Assembly: GCA_963744145.1 (NCBI GenBank)
Contig: CAVUSO010000001.1
Span: 4,032,001-4,096,000 of the forward strand
DNA length: 64,000 bases
Direction: 5' to 3'
DNA from: an uncultured cyanobacterium
Lineage (GTDB): Bacteria; Cyanobacteriota; Cyanobacteriia; Cyanobacteriales; CAWUOF01
The notes beneath the pieces are model-generated. The model had not been told where the DNA came from and made no database searches. It saw nothing but the letters and a program-made list of their open reading frames with translations. The position numbers were made by a program, and so were the translations under genes. Shown here one piece after another: positions 1 through 11,800 of the stretch (position 1 is the first letter of the stretch; every line of letters starts with the position of its first letter).

Positions 1-48
1 CATCACATGGGAACGAATAATTGCTTCAGCTTCAGTGCGTTTGCTCAT
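1..48 (-). CDS. 5' end of a gene running off the window (MSKRTEAEAIIRSHVM...), possibly DUF697/YcjF-like
   Basis: Manual translation from the ATG at 48; only 16 codons visible. Confidence 0.4.
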   Translation of the reverse strand, partial: MSKRTEAEAIIRSHVM

Positions 49-176
49 TTTAAAAACTCTTTTGGCTATAAATTTTACAGGTGTTCTGCTCTTGCTGGAG
101 ATTTAATCGGGCTTACAGCTAGTGCACTAAAATTGATCGGAAGTTGCTAGATTTAACGCTAATTTATTGTTACATA

Positions 177-269
177 GCAATTCCTAATTGTCAATGATTA
201 TTTTTAGAGAGAAAATCAAGTCTCAATACTTGAGTTAATCTAAATTAACTGATCCGATCTAACCATTAG
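177..269 (+). repeat. ~90-bp direct repeat, copy 1 (copy 2 at 23260-23348)
   Basis: AAGTCTCAATACTTGAGTTAATCTAAATTAACTGATCCGATCTAACCATTAG is identical in both copies; upstream part near-identical. Confidence 0.9.
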
Positions 270-337
270 TAAGAATAGCGATCGAGCAATAGGGTTCAGT
301 TAATCGGGTTTAAGAGTAGCGATCGCGATCGAGCAAA

Positions 338-1102
338 TCAATTCTCAACCAAAACAGCATCAAGTAACTTCCAATTAGTATCAATCCAAAACGTACCATC
401 ACTAAGAATTAACACATCATTTGGAGTTATTCCAGAAAGCATAGGATTAGGTGTAGCTATAGCAGGTAAATCTTTCTTTTTACATATTAATAGCATTACC
501 TCTATTAATTCTTCGAGGGTATTTTTATTAGCTAATCTTCCGATTTTCTTCCAATTGATTCGATCAACTTCTCGATTTTCATCTTCTTCCATATACAAGG
601 GAATTGGTATTTGCGAAACTGTCATATTTTGATCAGGAATATTAAAAACAGGAGTAGGAGGTATGATAATTTTGGATAGAGGATCAAAACCTTTATTAAA
701 TTTATTGAAAATAGATGAAAGCGGTACTGTAAATATTGCTAGTTCTTGTTGGGCAATATACCAGTCAAAATCCATAATTTCCAAATTGACAGTTTCGTTA
801 TTCCCATGATTTTTATGATATTCATTAATCTCATTCATCAAATCTTTTAATTTTTGCTTCTCTAACAAATATTGGTATTTTTGGACATCAAAGTCAATAT
901 AAGAAATATCTATCTGTACTTTTATTGCCATATCTAGCGGACCATATCCATCTCCCACATGAATAGGTTCTGAGCTAATATAGGCTTTTTTCCCAAAATA
1001 TCGATGGTGACGATCGACAATGGTAATTTCGTCTCCAATATTCGGGATTTTTAAAGATATTTTGGTAATAGGTTTATTTTTTGATTTGCGATTTTTCCCC
1101 AT
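338..1102 (-). CDS. hypothetical protein
   Basis: 254-aa ORF, GGAG RBS-like sequence upstream, no recognised motif. Confidence 0.7.
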   Translation of the reverse strand: MGKNRKSKNKPITKISLKIPNIGDEITIVDRHHRYFGKKAYISSEPIHVGDGYGPLDMAIKVQIDISYIDFDVQKYQYLLEKQKLKDLMNEINEYHKNHGNNETVNLEIMDFDWYIAQQELAIFTVPLSSIFNKFNKGFDPLSKIIIPPTPVFNIPDQNMTVSQIPIPLYMEEDENREVDRINWKKIGRLANKNTLEELIEVMLLICKKKDLPAIATPNPMLSGITPNDVLILSDGTFWIDTNWKLLDAVLVEN

Positions 1103-1327
1103 TGTTTTGCTCCTATTTTTACACTCAATATTCTATTTTACCATAAGTTGAATAATTAGCGATCGCTTATAGTCACTGTAATTTTGGTAGGATTCGCTGT
1201 TTAGTGGTTGGGAGCGATCGCATTCAATTCGCAATTCTAGAATTCTAATGGAGTTGGAGAGTGGCGATCGCATTCAATCCGAAGTCTGCAATTAAAATCA
1301 TTTTAAAATCATCTAAAGATGTTTTCT

Positions 1328-1717
1328 TTAATTAATAGGTGAACATAATTCAATTAAGGTTCCATCGGGACATCTAATATAAGAAACAATTTGACCCCAA
1401 GGTTTTTCCAAAGGAGCATTAATCTCTAATGCACCTGCTGCGATCGCTTTTTGATGCGCTATTGCCACAGAGTTAGTAATAAGAGCAATTTCAATACCCA
1501 ATGGTTTAATTGAAGACTCAGCGGAAATATAACCATCAGGGAGATTTGACGATCCAAGAGAATGGGAAGCAAAAGATAAAATTGTTTCTCCAGTATCCAA
1601 CTCTCCATAATTTCCTGTGGGATCTAAAAACTTCCTCCTGAAACCAAAAGCTGTTTCAAAAAAAGTTAGTGATTTTAATACATCATTGACATAAATAATT
1701 GTATATCCGAATTTCAT
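1328..1717 (-). CDS. VOC/glyoxalase family protein
   Basis: YTIIYVNDV..FF..AFG N-terminus and KPWGQ..YIRCPDGTLIEL C-terminus. Confidence 0.9.
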   Translation of the reverse strand: MKFGYTIIYVNDVLKSLTFFETAFGFRRKFLDPTGNYGELDTGETILSFASHSLGSSNLPDGYISAESSIKPLGIEIALITNSVAIAHQKAIAAGALEINAPLEKPWGQIVSYIRCPDGTLIELCSPIN

Positions 1718-2132
1718 TTTTTTCCTTTTTTAGATTAATTAGCTTGATATTTGACAATTTCTAATATCAATTTATCATAAAATTAAATTTTTTAGAAGCT
1801 AAAGCTCAGATTTCCTAATGCTAACGTCTTAATTCTTGAGTCCAAATTAATATCGGTTGGCGTTACTGAGACAAAATGCAAGGCTTCAAGTGGCGATCGC
1901 ATCTCCAACCCAGATATTATTCTCTCCTAAAGGATTGAAAAGTACAGACTCAATAAACTTAGATTGTCTATTTGCATCCCCAGGTAGAGCCCGCTGATAA
2001 TTACTGGGGATAAATATTTCGTTAGTACCTTCATTTTGTCCTTCCTAATAATTTTGGTATTTTGCTATAGGCGATCGCTTAACGAGTACGGTTCACTAAA
2101 GAACGCGATCGCATCTTAATTATCAGATTAAA

Positions 2133-4925
2133 TTATGGCGATCGCAGAATCGGTTCAATAAACTCCATAATACCAGCATCATCAAAATTATCAGTAAATT
2201 CAATTAAACGAGCAACAAAAGGATTATATTCAGAATTTAACTGTTCTAATCGGTTAGCTTCATTTATCACCATATCCATATCCCCAATTCGACTAGCTTG
2301 ATAGATTTGCTCAAGTTCCGCTGCTGGTGGGAATATCATTTCTTGTTTGTTTACTATTTCTGCTTCTTCATAATTCCAAGTCATTTGCAAATGATGGGCT
2401 AAGAGATTAAATAAATCTGGGGCGTTCACTGGTTTAGCTAGAAAATCATCACCACCCGCGTCTAAGCTCATTTGCTGGTCTAGTTGTGCTACAGATGCAG
2501 ATGAAACTAATACTTTTAAATGTTTCAATTTTTCATCATTGCGTAATTGTTTAAGAAACTCAAATCCATCCATTACGGGCATTGATAAATCTGTAATTAC
2601 TAAGTCTGGATGATTTTCTCTGATTTTGTCTAAACCGACCTTTCCATTCTCAGCCTCACTAACTACAAAACCAATTGGTTCTAATAGATTGACAATTACT
2701 GCTCGATTTTCCCAACGGTCATCTATTATTAATATTTGTTTGCGATCGCCATTGTAACTGATAATATTACTTACCTGATTTTGTTGCTCTTGTACCCATT
2801 CTTCATTCAATGGTAATTCTATTTCAAAAAAGAATTTACTACCTACTCCCAATTCACTCTCTACTTTAATCTGTCCACCCATTAACTGGACAATTTGCTG
2901 ACTAATGGCTAATCCTAGTCCTGTCCCTTCAGCTTGACGAGAGCGATCGCCTACTTGTTGAAATGCTTGGAATAGTTTATTAATATTTTCTTGACTAATC
3001 CCAACTCCAGTATCTATAACAGAAAAACGTAGGTAAACAAAGGAATTTGGATCAATATTTGAGGTTAATCTCTCAACTTTCAAGGTAACATTATCTTTAT
3101 CAGTAAATTTAATCGCATTACCTAAGAGATTAATTAGCACCTGACGCAATCGTTTCTCATCAGCAATAACCCCATTAGGTAAGTTAGGATCTGGTGTATA
3201 GTAAAAATCAATACTTTTTTGTTGAGCCCGGATTTGGGAGATTTCTACTACACCTTGCACTAGGGAAGGTAAATGAACAGCACTAGGCACTAGTTCGAGT
3301 TTACGAGCCTCAATTTTAGAGATATCTAGAACGTCGTTAATTAGAGTTAGCAAATGAGAACCACACTGATGAATAATATTAGCACCATGACGCGCTTTTT
3401 GATGAAGCTCTTTCATGCGCCCTAAAATTTGAGCATAACCTAAAATACCGTTTAATGGTGTTCGTAGTTCATGACTCATATTAGCAAGAAATTCACTTTT
3501 AGCTTGATTAGCATTATCTGCTATTTGTTTAGCTTGTTTCAGTTCGGCGGTGCGTTCTTCTACTCGTCGTTCTAGTTCAGCATTAGTTTGGGATAAGGTA
3601 TAAAAAGATGCTTGCAATTGACTACTCATTTCATTAAATGTTTCTCCTAGTTGATTTAGTTCTTTAATATTTTCAGGTTGAATTTGTTGGTTAAGATTAC
3701 CTCTAGCGATTTCTTTAGATGCTTTGTTTAGACGATTAATTGGTTGTAGAATCCATCGGGATGTGTAGAAACCGGAGATAGTTGCTATAATTAAAGCCAA
3801 AATACATAGGAAAATTGTAGTACGAGTATTAACATTAATTTGTTCCATAAAATCTGATTCAGGCATTACTACAATTATCAGCCAATCTAATCCTAATTCA
3901 TCGTGCCAAGGAGTTACTTGGATAAATTGACGTTTACCATCAACAAACATATCTAAGCTTTGAATTTCTTTAATGTTGCTAAGATTATTAAATCTTTTAT
4001 TCAAATATTCAGACGTGGACTGAATAAGTGGGTCTTGGCTCTTATTACCTAGTAATCGTTTAGGTTTATTGTTAATAACTGTAAATGGCTCTTCATTACT
4101 AGAACTGGCAATCATTAATCCATTTCGTTCTAATATAAAAGTTTGTCCAGATGAACTAACTTTAGCTTGACGTAGAAATTCACTTATCTTCCAAAGGTGT
4201 TGTTCGATCGCGATCACTCCTTGTAAAACACCCTTATCATCATAAATAGCGCGAGAAGCAGCAATACATAAAGGAAAAGGAGGCGTTACAACCCAGTTAT
4301 AAATTGGACTCCATACTAAACGTCTTTCCTTAATAGCTGATTTATACCAGTCTTCATCACGAATATCGAATCCAGGAGTATCTCTGACTTGTGTAAGATT
4401 GTTACCCTGATCGTCAAACTTTAATACATGATAACGATCATCACCATATTTTTGACGATTAATTTCATCAACAGTAATTGAATTATCCCCTGGAAAAATC
4501 CCAGTAGCAATAAAGTCAACTGTATTAGTTCCATAGGTTAAATAAGTAATATTAAATAGTTTAACCTGTTGCCAAAAATAACGTGCTAGTTGTTCTGAAT
4601 TATTTCGATCTATTAGACCTCTATTAATTACGTCCCAGTTTGCTTGAGTCAGTTGGCGAGTAATTGCCATATAGTTATCTAGACGTTGATTAACACGACT
4701 TGTAACTTCGCCACGTAATTTAGTGGCTAGTTCATTTACAGCTTTTTCTCCATTTCTTAGTGAAATATATGCGGTTAATCCAACAGCTACAGAAATCTGT
4801 AATATAAACGGGGCAATTAAGATGAGTCTTAATGGTATTGAAGCAAATTTAGGCGATCGCTTAGTAGAATCCTGGGTTTTAACTAGCTCAGATACACTAG
4901 CTGGATCTGATTGTTTAGTTTCCAT
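2133..4925 (-). CDS. hybrid sensor histidine kinase (Cache-HAMP-HisKA-HATPase-REC)
   Basis: Two TM segments, [30 protein letters not shown], receiver DLSMPVMDG. Confidence 0.95.
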   Translation of the reverse strand: METKQSDPASVSELVKTQDSTKRSPKFASIPLRLILIAPFILQISVAVGLTAYISLRNGEKAVNELATKLRGEVTSRVNQRLDNYMAITRQLTQANWDVINRGLIDRNNSEQLARYFWQQVKLFNITYLTYGTNTVDFIATGIFPGDNSITVDEINRQKYGDDRYHVLKFDDQGNNLTQVRDTPGFDIRDEDWYKSAIKERRLVWSPIYNWVVTPPFPLCIAASRAIYDDKGVLQGVIAIEQHLWKISEFLRQAKVSSSGQTFILERNGLMIASSSNEEPFTVINNKPKRLLGNKSQDPLIQSTSEYLNKRFNNLSNIKEIQSLDMFVDGKRQFIQVTPWHDELGLDWLIIVVMPESDFMEQINVNTRTTIFLCILALIIATISGFYTSRWILQPINRLNKASKEIARGNLNQQIQPENIKELNQLGETFNEMSSQLQASFYTLSQTNAELERRVEERTAELKQAKQIADNANQAKSEFLANMSHELRTPLNGILGYAQILGRMKELHQKARHGANIIHQCGSHLLTLINDVLDISKIEARKLELVPSAVHLPSLVQGVVEISQIRAQQKSIDFYYTPDPNLPNGVIADEKRLRQVLINLLGNAIKFTDKDNVTLKVERLTSNIDPNSFVYLRFSVIDTGVGISQENINKLFQAFQQVGDRSRQAEGTGLGLAISQQIVQLMGGQIKVESELGVGSKFFFEIELPLNEEWVQEQQNQVSNIISYNGDRKQILIIDDRWENRAVIVNLLEPIGFVVSEAENGKVGLDKIRENHPDLVITDLSMPVMDGFEFLKQLRNDEKLKHLKVLVSSASVAQLDQQMSLDAGGDDFLAKPVNAPDLFNLLAHHLQMTWNYEEAEIVNKQEMIFPPAAELEQIYQASRIGDMDMVINEANRLEQLNSEYNPFVARLIEFTDNFDDAGIMEFIEPILRSP

Positions 4926-5137
4926 AGTAGTTTTGGTTAGGAGGTTTTATGGCTAGAATACACTAAGACTTGATTTTTAGCCTTGAATGCGATCACTCCC
5001 AATTTTCCAAATTAAACCCAAATTAATCAAAGCATTAACTAAGCTTAAATTCTCTAAAGTTCGGAAATATTTCAAAAGTCAGTAAAATTTAGGTATCGGA
5101 CTCTGGTATTTTAGGTTAACGCAACGATTTCCCAGAA

Positions 5138-5822
5138 ATGAGTACAGATATTCAAGCAACGTCCAAAAGCATAATTTTGCAAACCAGTCAGCTATTAGAC
5201 CTACTGCTGATCATTTTTCCCCAATATACACGCGAGAAAATCCGTGCATATCTCTATAAAAACTATCGGGAGTATAACAAATCCTTAGATATCAAAGGAA
5301 TGATCGTCACCTATGCGGGGCAACCTGGGGGGAATGGCAGACAGCACCATTGGAAAGTTGATGTCACTAACGCATCCCAGAGATTAAAGAAAATTTTCAG
5401 CGAGTATCAACGAAAGTCAGTCTCAATTGTTCCAGCACCCCCCCAAGACAACCAAGGCCGAAAATGCACCACTAGAATGGAATGGGTTATTTTTACGATC
5501 GCGAGCAGAGTTGAAAATTGCCGAAGCCTTGGATCAAGCCAATGTGTTATTTTTCCCCAATAGTCGCTGTAGAGTGAGCGATCGGGATAACCAGAGAAAC
5601 ACGATCGAGGTAGATTTTTTGATTATCCATCAGGGAAAAATCGGGATATTAGAGGTTGATGGGGCAACTTATCACAAGTCCGCTGCTACAGACCATAAAC
5701 GCGATCGGCTATTCATGCGCCAAGGAATTATGTGCAGTCGGTTTGATGCGGGTGAATGTATGGTAAATCCCCAGAATATTGTTGAAGAGTTTCTGGAGTT
5801 GTTGAGTAGAGGAAAATTATGA
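5138..5822 (+). pseudogene. frameshifted protein with C-terminal PD-(D/E)XK (DUF559/Vsr-like) nuclease domain
   Basis: ORFs 5138-5563 and 5427-5822 fuse in frame if the C7 run at 5438-5444 is C6 (VPAPP-KTTKAEN); RSRAE..IAEALD, EVDFLI..GILEVDG, DHKRDR motifs. Confidence 0.7.
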
Positions 5823-6409
5823 GAATAATAACTGTAATAGCCATATTTATTTTGAGTCTTTGTTTCATTCTTGGGTTTAGTTTTATTGGTCTTAGTAATC
5901 CATCTAATAGCTCAGTTAGTATTATAGATAAAATTAATCCAAGTGAGTCAAAAGCAGAATCACTTGGTATTCAAGATTATAATTTTGGTTATTGTCTTTC
6001 AGCACCTCCGCTATATAAAGAATCTGGTGAGGATTACGAAGTTGTAATTGATGATCTAGAAACTCTTAAAACTCTGATTAATAATTCGCCAAAATGTAAA
6101 GATTCTAAGATATCTTTAGATTTCTATTTAGTAGATTTTACAAAATGGACATTAATTGGTAAACAATTTACAATTGTTGGAGGATGCGGTGTAGGTACTA
6201 CTTTTATGGTCACTGTTACCCAAGATAAACAACAGCATATTTATAATCATACAATTGTAGTAGGGAGTGAAAGTGCAAAATGTGCAGGTAATTCAAGACA
6301 TCAATCATGGATATTAGTACCTAAGTTACCATTAGCTTATCATGTTGAGTTTAATAATTTAGTAAGATATGATTCTATTATTTATTGTGGTAATAAAATT
6401 GAATATTAA
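5819..6409 (+). CDS. hypothetical exported/membrane-anchored protein
   Basis: N-terminal hydrophobic helix, several Cys, very low GC, start overlaps upstream stop (ATGA). Confidence 0.75.
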   Translation: MRIITVIAIFILSLCFILGFSFIGLSNPSNSSVSIIDKINPSESKAESLGIQDYNFGYCLSAPPLYKESGEDYEVVIDDLETLKTLINNSPKCKDSKISLDFYLVDFTKWTLIGKQFTIVGGCGVGTTFMVTVTQDKQQHIYNHTIVVGSESAKCAGNSRHQSWILVPKLPLAYHVEFNNLVRYDSIIYCGNKIEY

Positions 6410-6426
6410 TTATGGCCAAATAATTC

Positions 6427-6500
6427 TGTGCAGTCGGTTTGATGCAGGTGAATGTACGGCAAATCCCCAGAATATTGTTGAAGAGTTTCTGGAGTTGTTG
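6427..6500 (+). repeat. 74-bp direct repeat of 5731-5804 (3 mismatches)
   Basis: Direct comparison of the two segments. Confidence 0.95.
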
Positions 6501-7200
6501 GGGAAAATTTGATATCTAACAAATAATAGTAATTTCTCCGCGACCAATACTATAAACTAATCTATTGATCACTCGTTCAGATTCTAAGTCTATATTTTGA
6601 TTAGCGATATCCATCAGAGTGTTGAATTGGGCAGAGTTCATGTTTCTTTTTCCTTTAACTTTATATTCCTATCATCCCGCTAAAATCTAGTCTAAGCGAT
6701 GATCCGTATCCATACTTAGAGTGATTGTTATTTTCGTTTTAGGCGATCGCATCCCAGTTCTCTTTGTGACCAATATCACCAAAATGAGGACAACCTTGTA
6801 TGGCGATCGCGAGCCAACGATTTCTTTTGGCCAGCTTGATAAACCGGACTAGGGTGCTGTCAACTGCTCGGCATTAGGCTGCTTACGAGTCCCGCAGCGG
6901 CCATTACAGCCAAAATCAATTTCTACTTTTCCCAGTAAAGGGGAAAGTCAACAATCGTTTCAACGATGGCTAAATAGTCGGGTTGCGACAGTCTAACAAG
7001 TCGCTGCACCGGAACGTAGTGGTGGGACAGGTTGCTTGGGGATTAGGGGCGATCGCGGCATACTCCTTGAATAAATTAAATATTATCGTCTCAATTTTGG
7101 TTCTAAAATTACCAGAAGTCTACAAAATATTAAGTTTTAGAAGCCTAGTTTTGTAATAAAATCTATTTAGGTAAATATTCAATCAATTTGAGGTAAATTT

Positions 7201-7815
7201 ATGGTTAATTATGTGTTACGCAACTCGCTTAAAAAAGAAGATATAACCTTACAAACACAAATACAATGGTTTTACCCCATCTTAATAGAAAAAGTTTACA
7301 ATGTATGGGCTTATGTGGGTATAGATAAAGATAGAACCATTCTTGTTGGTCGTAATTCTCTACCATATTTTATTCGTAAATTTCAAACTTTAGAACAAGC
7401 ATATATGGAAAAAATAATGCTGCAATCATTATATAATTGTCCTTTTAAAATTGGTGGATATGATGAGAATAAAGAAAAATTTGATGAATTATGTTCGTTT
7501 AATATTCCAGGGATTTTGGATTTTTGTAATAATTTAGAGTCTGGAATAAATTTATTAAAACAATCTGAGAATAACCTAGATATTCCAGACCACATATTTG
7601 AAGGGCTTCTAGCAATTAAAGAGACAAAGATGATAAATTTTTTTGATACAGATATGGTTAAGCATTACGCTATTGCTTTAAATTTTCCTGAAACAGCAGA
7701 ATGGATTTGTACTAATTTGAATATTTATTTAGAAGGCATTTTGAAAGGATTCAATGTCAAAAAAGTAAAGAAATCGAAAAGTAAGAAAATAAAAATGTCT
7801 CAGATGAAAGCTTGA
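7201..7815 (+). CDS. hypothetical protein, C-terminus resembles DUF5049
   Basis: IFEGLLAIKETKMINFFD...ETAEWI..N...YLEGILKGF pattern; GAGG RBS. Confidence 0.6.
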   Translation: MVNYVLRNSLKKEDITLQTQIQWFYPILIEKVYNVWAYVGIDKDRTILVGRNSLPYFIRKFQTLEQAYMEKIMLQSLYNCPFKIGGYDENKEKFDELCSFNIPGILDFCNNLESGINLLKQSENNLDIPDHIFEGLLAIKETKMINFFDTDMVKHYAIALNFPETAEWICTNLNIYLEGILKGFNVKKVKKSKSKKIKMSQMKA

Positions 7816-7864
7816 TGAAAAATATTTGATAATTAAGGGTAATAAAAATAGTTAATCTATTTCC

Positions 7865-7920
7865 TTGTGATTTGAAAACTTTTATAGTATAATGGTTTAG
7901 CTGTATGTAACTGTATGTAA
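7865..7920 (+). promoter_or_regulatory. sigma70-type promoter of the ssp operon plus a tandem 10-bp repeat
   Basis: TTGTGA(7865)-17 nt-TATAAT(7888); CTGTATGTAA x2 at 7901-7920. Confidence 0.6.
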
Positions 7921-7930
7921 ATAAATTTTA

Positions 7931-8854
7931 ATGACTAAACAACTTAGTTTTTATTTAGATGGTGCTGCAAGTCAAGTAAATGTGAATGCAGTATTTGCCC
8001 GCCATGAAACATTTCATCCTCGGTTTGGCTGGATTAAAAAAGGTTTTGATGCAGCGATGGAAGATCCAAGTATTTTTAATGTTGATAATGCTCCAGTGCG
8101 ATTAGGCGTTGGAAAAAATATGGTCAATGCAATTCGTTATTGGTGTAATACTTTTAAAGTTTTGGAGGATGATATGCCAACAAAGTTTGGTGAAAGTCTT
8201 TTGGCTACTAATGGTTGGGACCCGTTTTTAGAAGATCCAGCTTCATTATGGTTACTACATTGGAATCTTCTCAAACCACCATGTAATGCAACCACTTGGT
8301 ATTTTGCATTTAATATTTTCCACCAAGTTCAATTTTCTCAAGATGAATTTTTTAATGCTCTATGTAACTATAAAGACACAGTTGCTGCTCGAATAGTTGA
8401 ATCTTCGGTTAAAAAAGACGTTAGTTGTATTTTCAGAATGTATGTTAAACAAGTAGTTTCCAAAATAGGTGTTAGCGAAGATACTTTAGATTGTCCCTTT
8501 ACTGAATTAGGTATTATCCATACTGCTGGAGACTCTAGACATTATACTTTTCGAGTTGGCTCTAAGCCTACTTTACCACCAGCTCTAATTGTTGCTGCTT
8601 GTTTGGAGTATGCTAGTTGGGTAGCACGCGAACAAAGAACTATTTCTATTTCTCGTCTTCTCTATACTATTGGTAGTCCTGGAGTAATTTTTAAATTGAC
8701 AGAAAATGCTATTTGTGATGCTATTGAACGAGTAGCAAGACACTCAAACTTAATTGCGCTCTCAGAATCTGCTGGTTTAATTCAATTTTCCTACAATTCC
8801 GATCCAGAAGAGTTAGCAAATAGTATTCTAGATAGGTACTATCTTAGTAGATAA
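7931..8854 (+). CDS. sspB: DUF4007 protein, SspB-like (DNA phosphorothioation)
   Basis: FARHETFHPRFGWIKKG, LGVGKNMVNAIRYW, WDPFLED..SLWLLHW; precedes large ATPase and PAPS reductase genes. Confidence 0.85.
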   Translation: MTKQLSFYLDGAASQVNVNAVFARHETFHPRFGWIKKGFDAAMEDPSIFNVDNAPVRLGVGKNMVNAIRYWCNTFKVLEDDMPTKFGESLLATNGWDPFLEDPASLWLLHWNLLKPPCNATTWYFAFNIFHQVQFSQDEFFNALCNYKDTVAARIVESSVKKDVSCIFRMYVKQVVSKIGVSEDTLDCPFTELGIIHTAGDSRHYTFRVGSKPTLPPALIVAACLEYASWVAREQRTISISRLLYTIGSPGVIFKLTENAICDAIERVARHSNLIALSESAGLIQFSYNSDPEELANSILDRYYLSR

Positions 8855-8892
8855 AACCATTCAATCAACCAGTCAACCACAAGGAATCAATA

Positions 8893-11800
8893 ATGAATAA
8901 GCAGTTATCCCAATATTTTAGTCTTAAACGTCGTTATTTTCGTTCTATTAACTTAGAACGGGATTTAGATAAAGTGGATGCCTTAGAAGGCTATATTCCA
9001 ACAGAAAGGGCACTTGAAGTAATTAAGCGTATTGTAGCAGGATTAAATGGGACTTCTAATCATCTAGCATGGACAGTAACCGGAGTATATGGTACTGGTA
9101 AATCAGCCTTTGCTCATTTTCTGACTTCTTTGTGTGCCCCTAACAATAGTCAGATGCGACAAGAAGCATTGAAAATAGCTGCTACTGCATTTGAAATTGA
9201 TAGTCTAGAATATCAAACCCTAAATGAAACTATTCCAACCCAAGGGTTATTTCGAGCTGTGGCTACTGCCCAAAGAGAACCATTAAGTAACACAATTATT
9301 AGGGCAATTTATCGCGGAACTAATCTATTTTGGACGCCACAAGAATGTTCTAAGATGAGTATTTGTAGAGAACTTGTAGATTTAAATGCTGAGATAAACA
9401 ATGGTGCTATTATAGATAGTCGTCGCGTTTTAAAATTAGTACAAGAATTAGCTATCAAAGCTAAAACTGGTATCTTATTAATTGTTGATGAGTTAGGAAA
9501 AAACTTAGAATTTGCTGTCCAAAATCAAGGGTTTGAGGATTTATATTTGTTTCAGCAGTTGGCTGAACTGCCTAAAAACAAAAATTGTCAGATTTATATT
9601 CTTGGCTTATTACACCAATCTTTTGCTGATTATGGAGAGAGATTAGCATCTGTCCAGCGGAATGAATGGGCTAAAATTCAGGGAAGATTTGAGGATATTC
9701 CTTTTAAAGACTCAGATACACAAATGATGAGTTTAATCGGTCAAGCTATTGACTCATCAAAGGCTGAACCATTCTTTGATAAGATTCAAGATCAAGTATC
9801 AGACTGGTTTGAATATTTACCTAGTGAGATTACTAATGATATTGCTAAGTCAATTTTTACTAATGCTTATCCATTACATCCGATCGCAACGTTAGTTTTA
9901 CCCAAATTATGCACTCGTTATGCCCAAAATGATCGTTCTCTTTTTACCTTTCTTACCAGTGCTGAACCTTATTCGTTTCAAAACTATTTAGAGGAAGCTA
10001 CTGTAGAAGAAATTACTGTAGAGGAAATTAATGCACTTTCAGGAAGTATTTTACCAACTCTAAAACTAGATCGAGTTTATGATTACTTTATAGAAGCTGT
10101 AGGGTTAGGGTTAGCATCTAGACCTAATTTACAACGTTGGGTAGAAATTCAAACATTAATCAATGATGCTAAAAGTTTAGAGGAAGATAGTTTACGAGTA
10201 TTAAAGACAATTGGTATTTTAAACTTAGTTACTACCACAAGTCCTTTGAGAGCTACTCGAACTTTAGTTACACTAGCTATGTGTGATTTTGCTACAGATG
10301 ATAACAAGGCACTATGGGAGCAAGAGATTGATAATCTTTTACAAAAAGGTATTCTTACTTATCGGCGACAATTAGATGAGTTAAGAATTTGGCAAGGGTC
10401 TGATTTTAATGTTGATATTGAATTATCTAAATACCTTGAACAAGAGCGTTCACATTTAGTTAATCTTTTGTCTGATCTTCGTCCTTTAAGTCCTTTAGTT
10501 GTACAACGTCACAGTTATACAAAGGGAACATTGCGTTATTTTGAACGTAGGTATTTAGATGGAAGAGAAAAACTAAATGGGCTTCAATGTACTAATTCTG
10601 ATTGTGATGGTTTAGTAGGGTACTGGGTAGACAATAAACTACCTGATGCAGTTCCAAGTGAAACAGCAGATGGCAAACCGTTAATTATTTTAGCAGCGGT
10701 TAAACTAGATTTATTGCAGATTAGAGCAAAGGAATTTGCAGCCTTAAAAAAAATTCAAACAAATGCGATCGAATTACAAACCGATGGAGTAGCAAGGCAA
10801 GAAGTGCGTTATCGGCTGATCCAGGCTGAAGAATTATTGGATGAGATGCTGGCAATATCATTTGATGTAGCTACTTATAAAAATCCTTGTTGGGTGCTGG
10901 GAAAATCGGAAACGATTAGTCATATCAAAGATTTTAATGCTAAATTATCTGATGTTTGCGACCAGGTTTATAGTTTCAGTCTAACCCTGTGGAATGAGTT
11001 AATTAATCGTCGAGAGTTAACTTCCCAAGGGTCAAAAGCAAGAAGAGAATTAATTGAGGCTATGCTGGAACATCCTGAAGAAGAAATACTTGGACTTTCA
11101 GGGTATGGTCCGGAAGTAAGTATGTATTATTCAGTGTTAAATGAAACAGGTATTCATCGCCAACAAGATGATGTCTGGGGATTTTACCCACCCAATGAAA
11201 ATTCTGGTGTTAGTACAATTTGGCAAGTAATTGAGGAGTTTTGTTTTTCTGCTAAGGACAAACAAAAAACATTAGATCATCTCTACACCCAACTGGCAGC
11301 ACCACCCTATGGAATTAAACAAGGGGTTATTCCAGTATTACTCGCAGCAGTTTTGCTCTATCATGTTGATGATGTGGGAGTTTATAAAGAAGGTACATTT
11401 ATTCCTGTTTTGGGAATAGAACATTTTGAACTGCTGCTCAAAGACCATTCTCGTTTTAGTGTTAAATATTTTGAAATAGTGGGATTGCGATCGCAGGTTT
11501 TTAAGGAACTGGAGATGATCTTGCGATCGCCTAATGCCCAAAAGTTAGTAGGGATTAGAAATACTACCTTGTTAGCTGTAGTGCGGCCATTATTTCAGTT
11601 TGTGAAAAAACTACCTGCCTATACTAAGAAAACCAAACGTTTTAGTCCTGAAGGTTTAGCCGTATTGCAAACTTTACAGAAAGCCCAGGAACCAGATGAA
11701 TTGTTATTTAATTCCTTGCCAAAAGCCTGCGGCTTACCTCCAATCATGGTAAATGCTGAGGTAGATGAGGTAAATAATGAGGGTGATGGTACTATTGCCA

